Positions 36,449 to 48,500 of a stretch of 64,000 bases of DNA are shown piece by piece; the first letter of the stretch is position 1; every line of letters starts with the position of its first letter. The position numbers and the translations under genes are program-made. The notes beneath the pieces are model-generated. The model worked only from the letters and a program-made list of their open reading frames with translations, had not been told where the DNA came from and did not search any database. The stretch is from Hemitrygon akajei (taxonomy: Eukaryota). The stretch spans positions 324,043 through 388,042 of the forward strand of contig NC_133154.1 of assembly GCF_048418815.1 (NCBI RefSeq), read 5' to 3'.

Positions 36449-36641
36449 CTGAGGTAAAGCACACACAGGCTGAGGGTGAAATGGGGGCACCAGGGAGGGG
36501 GAAGGGCGGAAACTGGGGGCACGGGAAGGAGGGGAGAGACTGGGGGGGGCACAGGAAGGAGGGGAGAGACTGGGGGGGGCACGGTAAGGAGGGAAAGAAG
36601 ACAGACAAGGGAGCTTGGAGAGAGCGGGCAGCAACCCTGAC

Positions 36642-36878
36642 CTTGACCACCAGTTTCTGCCCCAGCTGCAGTTTGCCGTCTATGCCCACAGGGTCGAGGA
36701 CCACACAGTACTGGCGGCTGCCTAGTGTGGTGACGTCCACCACTCTCACCACCTCCTCGTACACTCCCGGGATGTAGGCCTCCGCATCCTCCAGTGTCAC
36801 CAGCCATTCCTCGCCTGTCCGCCTGGTCCGATCTCGGAAATCCTTGAAAGTCTGCAGTGCCCGTAGGTGGAGAGCTCT
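36642..36878 (-). CDS. MVP: MVP exon 6: [79 protein letters not shown]
   Basis: Acceptor ccacag|AGAGCT, donor GTCAAG|gtcagg. 79 codons, phase 0. Matches human [27 protein letters not shown]...GQKRVVKG. Confidence 0.85.
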
Positions 36879-37329
36879 CTGTGGAGGAGGGACAGACAGG
36901 GTGTGAGGGGTGGAGGGACAAGGGGTGAAAGAAAGATGGGAAGGACAAAGGCAATGTGTTGGTCATAAAGCACAGAACAGGCCCTTCATTCCATCCGGAC
37001 TCTTTTGTCTCAAATTCCAAACTAGATCAGTATCATCAGGCTATGCTTGGCCTGTTTCCCTCTTTTCCTATCCTTTTACCTGTGTGAGTGTCCTTCCAAT
37101 GTCAATCTCAGCCAGGTCCCTCCTTTCCTCTTACAGTCACAGTACTGTACAGTGTCAATACCGTCTCCTTCCTCTTCTGTTATGATCCTTAGATACTATC
37201 ACTGTAACTTCCCTTTTGGAATTGAACTTTTGAATCGTCTGTATGACCTGGCATTTTTGTGGTGCTAATTCTAAGTTGCTGAATCACTGCAGCATGGTGT
37301 GTATGGTCTGAATTGAGGAGTCATGGCCT

Positions 37330-37660
37330 GGGCATGAGAGCAGGGAATGAGCCAATCTTTGGCCATTGCTGGAGTGGACTTTTTGGCAATTCAAAGCGAC
37401 AGAACTGAGGCAAGGTGATCGCAGGTGATGGGTCCATGACTGGGCCCGATAACAAGGAAAGACCTGAGAGTTGATTGATTTAAGCCCTGGGCCGAATTGA
37501 AAAGGTCAAGTATAGGCCGAATTGAAGCAATAAATCCTGGGTTCATGAGTGAAGAACTACCTGGTTAGGCTGATTTAAGTACTGAGCCACATTGAAAAGG
37601 TCAGACTGTTGAGGCTGTGGCCTGCAATCAATGGGCTCCTGAATCGTCTGCAGTGACAAT
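37330..37660 (+). repeat. Unclassified interspersed repeat, family E, copy in MVP intron 5
   Basis: See the partner copy at 32790-33000. Confidence 0.4.
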
Positions 37661-37951
37661 GGGCTTTGTGGCTAGGGACTGGGGACTCACTTTCATGAAC
37701 TTCATTTATGAATGTTATTTTCTTTCTTTTGTTCTTTGCACAGTTTGTTAGTTTCTGCACACTGGATGCTGAATGGTCTTTCTTTTAAATGGGTTCTATT
37801 TGGTTGTTTATTTTCTGGCTGCCTGTTAGGAGATGAATCTTAACATTGTATGAAGTATACATACTTTAATAACAGTACTTTCTTTGAACGTTGAAGATTC
37901 TCCCTAGAGACACATCTCCCTCTCACCCACCTCCCTCCTATGGCCTCTCAC

Positions 37952-38046
37952 CTTCTCGGTCAGGATGTAGGCATTCACGACAGTCAGTACCTCCTCATAC
38001 ACACCTGGGAGATATGCCCCCACCTTCTGAACCAGCCATTCCTCCC
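37952..38046 (-). CDS. MVP: MVP exon 5: (G)[31 protein letters not shown]
   Basis: Acceptor ccccacag|GGGAGG, donor GAGAAG|gtgaga. Matches human [31 protein letters not shown]. Confidence 0.85.
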
Positions 38047-38129
38047 CTGTGGGGAAAAGAAACAGGGAGAGGGTGTGAGAAATGAACCAGTGACTGTGAA
38101 GGTGACTAGAGTCATGATCCTTTTAGTTT

Positions 38130-38530
38130 GTGCCCTTGTCTCTCACTCTCCCCAGCCATCTAATCCTTCTCTGTCCCTCCCCACACCCTAATCCCACTCT
38201 GTCCCTCCCCTCTCCCTGTCTATCTAATCCCTCTCTGTATTCCCCCCCGTTGCTCCCTTCTCCCTGTCTCCTCCCCCTCTGTTTATTCCCTCTCCATCCC
38301 TGTCTAATCCCACTCCATCCCTCCCCTCTCCCTGCTAATCCTTCTCCGTTCCCTCCCCTCACTCACTGTCTAATCTCTCTGTCCCTTCCCCTCTCCCTTT
38401 GTCTAATCTCTCTCCGTCCATCCCCCTTCCTGTCTAATATCACTCCGTCTGATCCCTCTCCGACCCTCCCCACTCCCTGTTTAATCCCTCTCGGTTCCCT
38501 CTCCACCCCCTCTGTCTAATCACTCTCCAT
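38130..38530. repeat. CT-rich minisatellite with a unit of about 40 bp (...tccctcccctctccctgtctaatccctctc...)
   Basis: Direct reading. It lies in MVP intron 4. Confidence 0.8.
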
Positions 38531-38644
38531 CCCTCCCCTCTCCCCTCCTCCACCACCTCCTCTCCCTCCACCCCCCACCCCCCCATCTCTCCTTCCCTTC
38601 CAGACCCTGTCTTTGCTGATAAAATGACTCTCAAAAGCCCAAGA

Positions 38645-38775
38645 GATTCTGCAGATGCGAGAAACACAGAGCAATGTGTACAAAATGCTGCAGGGCTCAG
38701 CAGGTCAGGCCGTGTCTATGGAGAAGAATAAACTGTCGATGTCTCAGACAGAGACCCTTCATCAGGACTGAAGGG
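38645..38775. repeat. Partial copy (left arm and loop) of the hairpin MITE-like family
   Basis: ...gtacaaaatgctgcagggctcagcaggtcaggccgtgtctatggagaagaataaactgtcgatgtctcagacagagacccttcatcaggac... Confidence 0.5.
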
Positions 38776-39194
38776 GCAGAAGGCAGAATAAGAGCAGTAC
38801 GGCCACTATCACCACATTGTCCTGCAGACCGAGCAAAGAAATGCCACTTTACACAGAAATGGTCTAGATGGATACAGATATTGGCCAATAGGCAACCTCA
38901 CATCAACCACCAATCACACTATGTAATAAAGGTATTAATAGCCAATAGAATCTCCATCTTAAATGCCAGTAATACTTCAGAATTGTAAAGTAACCATCCA
39001 AAATTAATTACTACTACATTCCTGATTTTACCTCAGTCTGCCAAATGGCTCCCACCCTGCCATTGGGTAAAGGTCCCCTCTATCTCTCTTACCTCATCTA
39101 ATCTGCCAGGCAGCATACCAGAGCAAAGTAGGACACCTGTCTAAGTGGTGTCTTTAACAACCTCTTCATCACTGTCAGCAAAACTAAAGAGCTA

Positions 39195-41565
39195 ATTGTT
39201 GATTTCAGAAAGACTATTCTGGATTTAGTGTTATGTAATGAACAGGATTTGATAAGCGATCTTGCAGTAAGGGAGCCATTAGGAGGTAGTGATCATAATA
39301 TGATAAGTTTTTATCTGCAATTTGAGAAGGATAAGGGCAGCTCGGAGGTGTCAGTGTTACAGATGAACAGGGGAAACTATGGAGCCATGAGGGAGGAGCT
39401 GGCCAAAGTTGACTGGACGGATAGCCTAGCAGAAAAGACAGTGGAACAGCAATGGCAGGTATTCTTGGGAATAATGCACAAGGTGCAAAATCAGTTCATC
39501 CCTCAGAGAAGGAAGGATTCAAAGGGGGGAAAGGGGCCACAGTGGTTGACAAAGGAAGTCAGAGATTGCATAGCATTAAAAAAAAAAGGAAGTATGACAG
39601 AGCTAAGGTGAGTGGGAGGACAGATGATTGGGAAGTTTTTAAGGAACAACAGAACTTAACAATACGGGGAGAAAAAATGAGGTACGAACGCAAGCTAGCT
39701 AGGAATATAAAGGAAGATAGCAAAAGCTTTTTTAGGTATGTGAAGAGAAAGAAGATAGTTAAGAACAATGTTGGGCCCTTGAAGAATGAATTGGGTGAAA
39801 TTGTTATGGGAAACAGAAATTCTTATGGAGAAGAATTTAATAAGTACTTTAGATCTGTCTTCACTAGGGAAGACGCAAGCAATCTCCCAGATGTATGGAT
39901 GGGCCAAGGACATAGGGTAACAGAGGAAATGAAACAGATTGACATTAGGAAGGAAACGGTGATGAGTAGACTGATGGGACTGAAGGCTGACAAATCCCCA
40001 GGTCCAGATGGTCTGCATCCTAGGGTACTAAAGGAGGTGGCCCTGGAAATTGCGGATGCATTGGTAATCATTTTCCAATGTTCCTTAGATTCAGGATCAG
40101 TTCCTGAGGATTGGAGAATGGCTAATGTTATCCCACTTTTTAAGAAAGGAGGGAGGGAGAAAACAGAGAACTATCGACCTGTCAGCCTGACATCGGTGGT
40201 GGGGAAGATGCTAGAGTCCATTATTAAGGATGAAATAGTGGCATATCTAGATAGCAGTGATAGGATTGGGCCGAGCCAGCATGGATTTACCAAGGGTAAA
40301 TCATGCTTGACTAATCTGTTGGAGTTTTTCGAGGATGTAACCAGGAAGTTAGATGGGGGAGATCCAGTGGATGTAGTGTACCTCGATTTTTAGAAGGCAT
40401 TTAATAAGGTCCCACATAGGAGATTGGTGGGTAAAATCAAAGCTCAGGGCATCGGGGGGAAGACATTGACATGGATAGAAAACTGATTGGCAGATAGAAA
40501 GCAAAGGGTAGCGGTGAATGGGTGTTTCTCAGAATGGCAGGTGGTGACTAGTGGGGTGCCACAGGGCTTGGTATTGGGACCACAGCTGTTTGCAATTTAC
40601 ATAAATGATTTGGATGAAGGCATTGAAAATAACATCAGCAAATTTGCTGATGATACTAAGCTGGGTGGCAGTGTGACATGTGATGAGGATGGTAGGAGAA
40701 TTCAGGGTGACTTGGGATAGGCTGGGTGAGTGGGCAGATACTTGGCAGATGACGTTTAATGTGAATAAGTGTGAGGTTATCCACTTTGGGAGTAAGAACA
40801 GGAAGGCAGATTATTATCTGAACGGTGTAGAGTTGGGTAAAGGAGAAATACAAAGAGATCTCGGAGTCCTTGTTCATCAGTCACTGAAGGTGAATGAGCA
40901 AGTGCAGCAGGCAGTGAAGAAGGCTAATGGAATGTTGGCCTTTATTACAAAGGGAATTGAGTACAAGAGCAAGGAAATCCTCTTGCATTTGTACAGGGCC
41001 CTGGTGAGACCACACCTGGAGTATTGTGTACAGTTTTGGTCTCCAGGGTTAAGGAAGGACATCCTGGCTGTTGAGGAAGTGCAGCATAGATTCACGAGGT
41101 TAATTCCTGGGATGTTTGGACTGTCTTACGCAGAGAGGTTAGAGAGACTGGGCTTGTACACGCTGGAATTAAGGAGATTGAGAGGGGATCTGATTGAAAC
41201 ATATAAGATTATTAAGGGATTGGACAAGATAGAGGCAGGAAATATGTTCCAGATGCTGAGAGAGTCCAGTACCAGAGGGCATGGTTTGAGAATAAGGGGT
41301 AGGTCATTTAGGACAGAGTTAAGGAAAAACTTCTTCTCCCAGAGAGTTGTGGGGGTCTGGAATGCACTGCCTCGGAAGGCAGTGGAGGCCAATTCTCTGG
41401 ATGCTTTCAAGAAGGAGCTAGATAGGTATCTTATGGATAGGGGAATCAAGGGATATGGGGACAAGGCAGGAACCGGGTATTGATAGTAGTTGATCAGCCA
41501 TGATCTCAAAATGATGGTGCAGGCTCGAAGGGCCGAATGGTCTACTTCTGCACCTATTGTCTAAA
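39195..41565 (+). mobile_element. Young CR1-like LINE, 5'-truncated (endonuclease C-terminus, RT, tail and 3'UTR), in MVP intron 4. It is the inverted partner of the copy at 55675-58400.
   Basis: A 313-aa ORF and a 267-aa ORF separated by a single stop: ...GGSDHNMISFYLQFEKDKG...VDKSPGPDGLHPRVLKEVALEIADAL...[95 protein letters not shown], then [27 protein letters not shown]...RLRGDLIETYKIIKGLDKIEAGNMFQMLRESSTRGHGLRIRGRSFR... Confidence 0.9.
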
Positions 41566-41639
41566 GAGGGAGGCTGAACCTGCACAAGCCTTAATTGGGG
41601 GAAATGGGTGGTGGAAAGAGTCAGCATCTTAAATCTCTG

Positions 41640-42425
41640 AGCAGTAACCTGCTCAGTCTCGAGTGACCTGTCCTGGGCCTAACTCACTGACAGAATTACA
41701 AGGAAGAAGGAAGGTGAACGTGACCCAGTCTACAATGGGGGATCTGGCATGGAAAGACTCAATAGCTTTAATTCCCAGGGTGTTAACATCTCGGATGATC
41801 TAACTGGGCTCAGCTCACAAGGATGGCAGGCCAGTGTCTTTACTGTCTTAGTAGGTTCGGTTTGTCACCAACACTTTAACAAACTTCTACAGATCTTCTG
41901 TTGGAAAAGTCCTTATTGGTCACATCATGGTCTGAGATGGCAATTCATAAATGTAAGAAGCTGCAGAAAGTAGTACACCAGCCCAGTACATCTCAGACTA
42001 ATCCCTCCCTGTCATCAGGAGTACCTACAGGAAGGGCTGAACAACTTCCACCATTGGAGATCCCTACTATCTTCTCACAGCTCCCATCGGGCAGGAGGTA
42101 CAGAAGCCTGAAGTCCCACACCACCAGATTCAGGAACAGCGACTTCTCTTCAACCATTCGGTTCTTGAACCAACTGGCACAATTAGAAGCACCATCTCAG
42201 TACAGTAACACTGTGACCATTTTGTATCCATTGCAGTACTTGCTTTTGTTCTAATTGCATTCTCTCTTGTAAAATTATGTGTAATTTCTGCTTTTTGCAC
42301 TTTGGTAAATTATTATTCTGTACTCTATTAGTTAAATCTGCACACTGCTAAGTGTGTTTTTAGATATTGCTGCTATAACGGAAGAATTTCCCACTCAGGA
42401 TCAATAAAGTACTTATTATTAATTT
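41640..42425 (+). mobile_element. LINE family B 3' fragment with 3'UTR
   Basis: Encodes ...IFSQLPSGRRYRSLKSHTTRFRNSDFSSTIRFLNQ. The 3'UTR ends ...caataaagtacttattattaatttttt. Confidence 0.7.
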
Positions 42426-42429
42426 TTTC

Positions 42430-42900
42430 TCTGTGAATGTTAAGTATCTGTTAACTGCTGCAAGGTCATTTTCCATTCGCTCTCTGCTCTCCCACCCTAT
42501 TTCACCCCCTCGCCTCATCCCTCCCTCCTCTCGTATACTGCCCCCTCCCCTCCATCTAATCTCTCACTGCCTCCTTTCTCTCTTGCACCTGTCCAATCTC
42601 TGTCCCTTCCTCCCTCCCACCACGTCTCCTTCCCCTCTCTCTCATGCGTGTCTAATCTCTGTCTCCTTCCCCTCTCACACGCCCATCCAATCTCCCTCTG
42701 TCCCCTTCCTCACCATCTCCTTCCTCTCTCTCGCACCTGTCCAAACTCTCTCCATCCCCTCCCTCCCTGCGACCCCCCCCATCTCCATCCTCTCTCGCAC
42801 CTGTCCAAACTCTCTCTGTCCCCTCCCTCCCTGCGAACCCCCCCCCCCCATCTCCATCCTCTCTCTCGTGTCTGTCCGATTTCTCTCTGTCCCCTCCCTC
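42430..42900. repeat. CT-rich tandem repeat with a unit of about 63 bp (...tctcgcacctgtccaaactctctccatcccctccctccctgcgacccccccatctccatcctc...)
   Basis: Direct reading. It generates several overlapping low-complexity ORFs on both strands. Confidence 0.85.
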
Positions 42901-42939
42901 TCTCACGCCTGTGTAATTCAGGAATCACTGGGGTCAGGG

Positions 42940-44450
42940 AGAGTCCCAGAGGATGTGCAAATCTCAATTATAACACCCCAGTTTAAAGGGGGAGAATTAT
43001 AAAAGGCTGGTAATGATCAGCTGGGTAGCCAGAACTCAGTAACTGGTTGAATTTTAGAGCCCATTATCAAGGGTGAAATTTTGGAGCATTTTGATAAAAT
43101 AGGAAGATGCCAGCACAATCTCACCGGACCAATCTGGTGAAATTTTTTTGTATAGGTAATGAGCAGGAGAGCCAAAGGAGAGTCACTGGATGTTGTTTAC
43201 TTGTATTTTCAAAAGGCCTTTGACAAAGTGGCGCACATCTGGCTACCAAACAAGCTGAGAGCCCATGGTATTAGAGGCAAGGTGCTAACATGGAGGCATT
43301 GGCTGACTGCGAGTGGGGAAAAAGGGGGGCCTTTTCAGGATGGCTGCCAGTGACTAGTTAAGTTTCACAGGGGGTCATTACTGGGTCTACAACTTTTTTA
43401 ATGTAGATGTTAATGATTCCAGTGAAGGATCAATGGCATTGTGCATAATACACAGAAAGTGGAGAAATGGGGAGCATTGCAGCACAATTTGGGAGTGTGG
43501 GCAAAGAGATGGCAACTGGAACACAGTCTGGGGAAGTGTAGGGTTACAGATTGTGGCAGGAATAAAAGGCATAATAACACACAAAATGCTGGAGGAACTC
43601 AACAGGTCAAGAAGCAACTATGGAGAAGTTGATGTCACTTCTGATGAAGGGTCTCAACCTAAAATGTCAACCCATAGATGCTACCTGACCTGCTGAGTTC
43701 CTCCAGCATTTTGTGTGTGTTGCTCTAGATTTCAGTACCTGCAGAATCCCAGGTTAATAAAATGCAAAGACATTTTTTTACATGAGAAGCAAATTCAGAA
43801 ATGGGAGGTGCTAAAATCTGCTTGGGTATCTCAGTTCAGGTTTCCCTCAAGGTTGACTTGCACATCAATTTGGTCTAAAGATGACAAGTGGAAGTTATTT
43901 AGAGATATATTGTGGAACAGGCCCTTCCAGCCTAACCAGCTGAGCCACTCCATTTAACCCCAGCCTAATCACAGGACAATTTAGATTCTAAATTGGATCG
44001 ATTAGGCTTAAACTCACTGGAATTTAGAAGATTGAGGGGGGATCTTTTTGAAACATATAAAATTCTAAAGGGATTGGACAGGCTAGATGCAGGAAGATTG
44101 TTTCCGATGTCGGGGAAGTCCAGAACAAGGGGTCACAGTTTAAGGATAAAGGGGAAGCCTTTTAGGACCGAGATGAGGAAAATCTTCTTCACACAGAGAG
44201 TGGTGAATCTGTGGAATTCTCTGCCACAGGACACAGTTGAGGCTGGTTCATTGGCTATATTTAAGAGGAAGTTAGATATGGCCCTTGTGGCTAAAGGGAT
44301 CGGGGGTATGGAGAGAAAGCAGGTACAGGGTTCTGAGTTGGATGATCAGCCATGATCATACTGAATGGCGGTGCAGGCTCAAAGGGCCGAATGGCCTACT
44401 CCACCTATTTTCTATGTTTCTATGACAATTTACATAGACCAATTAACCAA
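42940..44450 (+). mobile_element. Degenerate CR1-like LINE (RT, tail and 3'UTR)
   Basis: Matches to VVYLYFQKAFDKVAHIWLPNKLRAHGIRGKVLTW and LEFRRLRGDLFETYKILKGLDRLDAGRLFPMSGKSRTRGHSLRIKGKPFRTEMRKIFFTQRVVNLWNSLPQD. The 3'UTR ends ...gatcagccatgatcatactgaatggcggtgcaggctcaaagggccgaatggcctactcc. Confidence 0.75.
43556..43722. mobile_element. Complete copy of a hairpin-forming MITE-like element: inverted arms of about 45 bp around a loop of about 45 bp
   Basis: Left arm cacaaaatgctggaggaactcaacaggtcaagaagcaactatggagaag. The reverse complement of the right arm is cacaaaatgctggaggaactcagcaggtcaggtagcatctatggg. Related sequences occur at 54440-54600, 38645-38775, 62235-62340 and 10055-10110. Confidence 0.55.
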
Positions 44451-44590
44451 CTAACCCATACAATCTTTGGAATGTGGGAGGAAACCCATACGGTCATGAG
44501 GAGAACGTACAGACAGCGGTGGGAATTAAACCCAGGTCGTTCACACTATATGCTAAACTCTACATTGCTGTGTCACTCACGTTAACATTG
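44425..44590 (-). mobile_element. tRNA-derived SINE fragment (body and 3' region)
   Basis: The reverse complement reads ...cctgggtttaattcccaccgctgtctgtacgttctcctcatgaccgtatgggtttcctcccacattccaaagattg, which is typical of the widespread fish ...gtttcctcccacagtccaaagat SINE group. Confidence 0.6.
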
Positions 44591-44639
44591 ATTTAAAGAG
44601 GATGAATACTCCCTCGAATCCCACCATTCACAGGGTGTC

Positions 44640-45290
44640 CCCTAACCTTGTACACTGAGGTCCCTCTGTCCCTCGACACTCCCCACCATTCACAGCATGT
44701 GTCTTACCCTCATACACAGAGGTTCCCCTGCCCCTTGACACTCCTCACCATTCACGGCATGTGTCTTACCCTCATACACAGAGGTTCCCCTGCCCCTTGA
44801 CACTCCTCACCATTCACGGCATGTGTCTTACCCTTATACACAGAGGTTCCCCTGCCCCTTGACACTCCTCACCATTCACGGCATGTGTCTTACCCTTATA
44901 CACAGAGGTTCCCCTGTCCCTTGACACTCCTCACCATTCACAGCATGTGTCTTACCCTTATACACAGAGGTTCCCCTGTCCCTTGACACTCCTCACCATT
45001 CACAGCATGTGTCTTACCCTTATACACAGAGGTTCCCCTGTCCCTTGACACTCCCCACCATTCACAGCATGTGTCTTACCCTCATACACAGAGGTTCCCC
45101 TGTCCCTTGACACTCCCCACCATTCACAGCATGTGTCTTACCTTTATACACAGAGGTTCCCCTGTCCCTTGACACTCCCCACCATTCACAGCATGTGTCT
45201 TACCCTTATACACAGAGGTTCCCCTGTCCCTTGACACTCCCCACCATTCACAGCATGTGTCTTACCCTCATACACAGAGGTTTATTTCCT
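44640..45290. repeat. Minisatellite: unit of about 59-60 bp (cattcacagcatgtgtcttacccttatacacagaggttcccctgtcccttgacactcctcac) repeated about 11 times, starting 110 bp 3' of MVP exon 4 in intron 4
   Basis: Direct reading. On the MVP (minus) strand each unit carries donor-like gtgagg and gtaaga strings. Confidence 0.9.
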
Positions 45291-45402
45291 CTAATCGCCA
45301 CGACCCCACGCCCCCCCAATTGGCTCCAGGACTGACTCAATCACCCATCCCTCTTGACTGGGGTTTCCAGGAGAGGGTGAATGAGGAGGGGTCTGCACTC
45401 AC

Positions 45403-45534
45403 CTGTCACCCGATTACGACCCTCTCTATCTTTAGTCTCCTTCCGTGCTCTCAGACGAATGGCTTGGTTGTGATGAATCACTGTGGCCTCGATGGTCTGT
45501 ATAATTTCCACCTCCTTCCGGGGGATGTAGGTTC
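45403..45534 (-). CDS. MVP: MVP exon 4: (G)[43 protein letters not shown](G)
   Basis: Acceptor aaacag|GAACC, donor GACAG|gtgagt. Matches human [44 protein letters not shown]. Confidence 0.85.
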
Positions 45535-45599
45535 CTGTTTCAGAGGTGGGTGTATGGTGAGAGGCAAAACATAACCAGTGTCAATGGAACAGAGAACAT

Positions 45600-48500
45600 G
45601 CCAGTGCAGTACAGGCCCTTCAGACCATGATGTTCTGCCAACATTTTAACCTACATCAAGACCAATCTAACCCTTCCCTCCTATATGGCCCCTCCATTTT
45701 TCTTTCACCTATGTGCATATCAAAGGTACTGTTGTGTCTCTAATGTATCTGCCTCTGCCACCAGCCCTGGTAGTGTGTATGCACAGAAAACTTACCTCTG
45801 ACATCATAAAATCATAAGAACCCCTTCCCCCGTATTCTTTTAAATTCCAGTGAATACAGGCTGCCAAACACTTCTCATATGTTAACCCCTTCATTTCTGG
45901 AATCATCCTTGTGAATCTCCTCTGGACTCTCTCCAATGACAACACATCCTTTCTGAGATATGGGGCCCAAAACTGTTGACAATACTCCGAGTGACCTGTT
46001 TTGTATCTTATAAAGGTTCAGCATGATCTTCTTGCTTTTATATTCTATTCCCCTTAAAACAAATGCCAACATTGCATTTGCTTTCTTTACCACAGATTCA
46101 ACCTATAAATTAACCTTCTGGGAGTCTTGCCAAAGAACTCCTAAGTTCTGCATCTCTGATGTTTGAACCTTCTCCCCATCTAGATAATTGTCCACATTAT
46201 TGTTCCTTTTACTAAAATGCATTATTATATATTTATCCACACTGGATTCCATCTGCCACATTTTTTCCCATTCTTCCAATTTGTCTGAATCTGGTTGCAA
46301 TTGCATTGCTTCCTCAGCACTACCTACCCCTCCAACTATCTTCTGCAAACTTCGCCACAAAGTCATCAATTCCATTATCTAAACCATTAACAATGTGAAA
46401 AACCTGAGGTCCCAATACTGACCCCTGAGGGACACCACTACTCACTGGCAGCCAATCAGAAAAGGCCCCTTTTATTCCCACTCGCTGCCTCCTGTCTGTC
46501 AGCCATTCCTCTATCCATGCCAGTACCTTTCCTGTAACACCATAGGATTTTATCTTGTTAAGTAGTCTCATGTGTGGCATCTTGCCTTCTGAAAATCCAA
46601 GTAAATGACATCAACTACCTCTCCTTTATCTACCCAGCTTGTTACTTCCTGGAAGAACTCTAACAGACTTGTCAGGCAAGATTTCCCTTTACAGAAACGA
46701 TGCTGACTTTGACTTATTTTATCATTAGTCTCCAAGTACCAAGATGGAGGTGGAGTTATGATGGCACTAATGATAACTCCTTTGCTTGCATCTTCGGAAA
46801 CAGTTCTACTTCCATCTTTATTATCTTTATATTCACTTTCAAGGTTCTTTTGAAGACCCTGACCTGGAGTTACATGCTGACTTCGGTGCTTTGCGGGAAT
46901 GGGACCCTTTCTAGGGATTTCAGGACCGGCTGTTGTTCGGCACACCAAAGGCTCAGTCTGAGAGGTGTCCTAGTGTTTGGAAGCCTAAGATCTTGGGGCT
47001 CTGGAGATGGGTGGATCAAGGATCAATGTCACGGCAGGAGATCCGTGTGTCGTCGGGGAGGCTGGAAAATCTTTCACTGTGGGCCCAAAGACCCGAGATC
47101 TTTACATCTTCGGGCACAGAGCTCATTAATAGTAATGAAACGGATTTTTTAACATCGTAATGACTCCCGCTCACTGTGAAAATGGGGGGCACCTCCCTCT
47201 CCCTTATTAGGGAGAGAGAGAACCTGTGGTTTGTTGAATGCCGGATGAAATGCGGTAGTCTTTGGGGTAACCGAAAGGTCTGTGTCTTTGCTACTGCCTA
47301 GCTCACGCTTGTGCTCGATAGTGGGTGTGCTTTTTGTTTTGCCGGTGGGGGGAGGAGGACTGTTGCTCGCTGCCACTTACGCGCGGGGGTGGGGGGACTT
47401 TGGGGTTCCAACATTTAACTGTTGTTCACTCTTTGGGGCACTTCTCCGTTTTTGTGGATGTTTTGCAAAGAAAAATCATTTCAGGATGTATATTGTATAC
47501 ATTTCTCTGACATTACTGTACAGTAAATTGAACCTGTGAACCTTTGAACCTCATCCTTAATAATAGACTCCAACACTTTCTCAACCATTGAGGTTAGGCT
47601 AACTGGCCAATAATTTCCTTTCTTTTGCTTTCCTCCCTTCTTAAAGAGTGGAGTGATATTTGCAATCTTCCAGTTCTCCAGGACCATGCCAGGATCAAGT
47701 AATTCTTGAAAGGTCATGACCAATGAATCGGGTACCTCTTCAGCAAACTCTCTCAGGACTCAGAAGTAGTCCATCTGGTCCAGGTGACTTATCCACCTTA
47801 AAACCTTTCAGTTTGCTTAGCACTTTTTCCTTTGTAATAGCAATGGCACTCACTCCTGCTCCCTGACACTCACGGACCTCTGGTACACTGCAAGTGTCTT
47901 CCACAGTGGAGACAGATGCAAAGAATCCAATAAGTTCATCTGCCAATTCTTTGTCCCCAATTACTACCTCACCAGCGTCATTTTTGAGTGGTCCAATATC
48001 AACTCTCACCTCCCTTTTACTCTTTATATAACTGAAAAAACTTTTGGTATCCTGCTTTATATTATTGGCTAGTCTGCCCTCATATTTCATCTTTTCCCTT
48101 CTTATAGCTTTTTAGTTGCCTTTTGTTGGATTTTAAAAGCTTCCCAATCATCCAACTTCCTACTCACTTTAGCTACTTTATATGCTCTTTCCTTGGCTTT
48201 TATGCAGTCCTTAACTTCCTTTGTCAGCCACGGTTGCCTACTCCTGCCATTTGAGAACTTCTTGCTTTGTGGGACATATCTATCCTGCACTTTGTGAACT
48301 ATTTCCAGAAACTCCAGCCAGCTCTGCTCTGTACCAGTATCCTTTCCAATCCACCTAGGCAAGCTCCTCTCTCATGCTTCTATAATTCACTTTATTCCAT
48401 TGTGATATAGTTACAATTCAACAAATTCCCTCTCTTGCAATCCGACATCAACCTGAATTTCCCAATCCCCTTGCATATTGAAGTCCCCCATTACAACTGT

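Noticed and set aside
36232-37020. 181-aa plus-strand and 233-aa minus-strand ORFs
   Set aside because: They overlap the real MVP exons 6-7 in wrong frames or antisense, and run through the intronic ggcacgggaaggaggggagagactggggggg x3 repeat. They are artefacts of GC-rich sequence.
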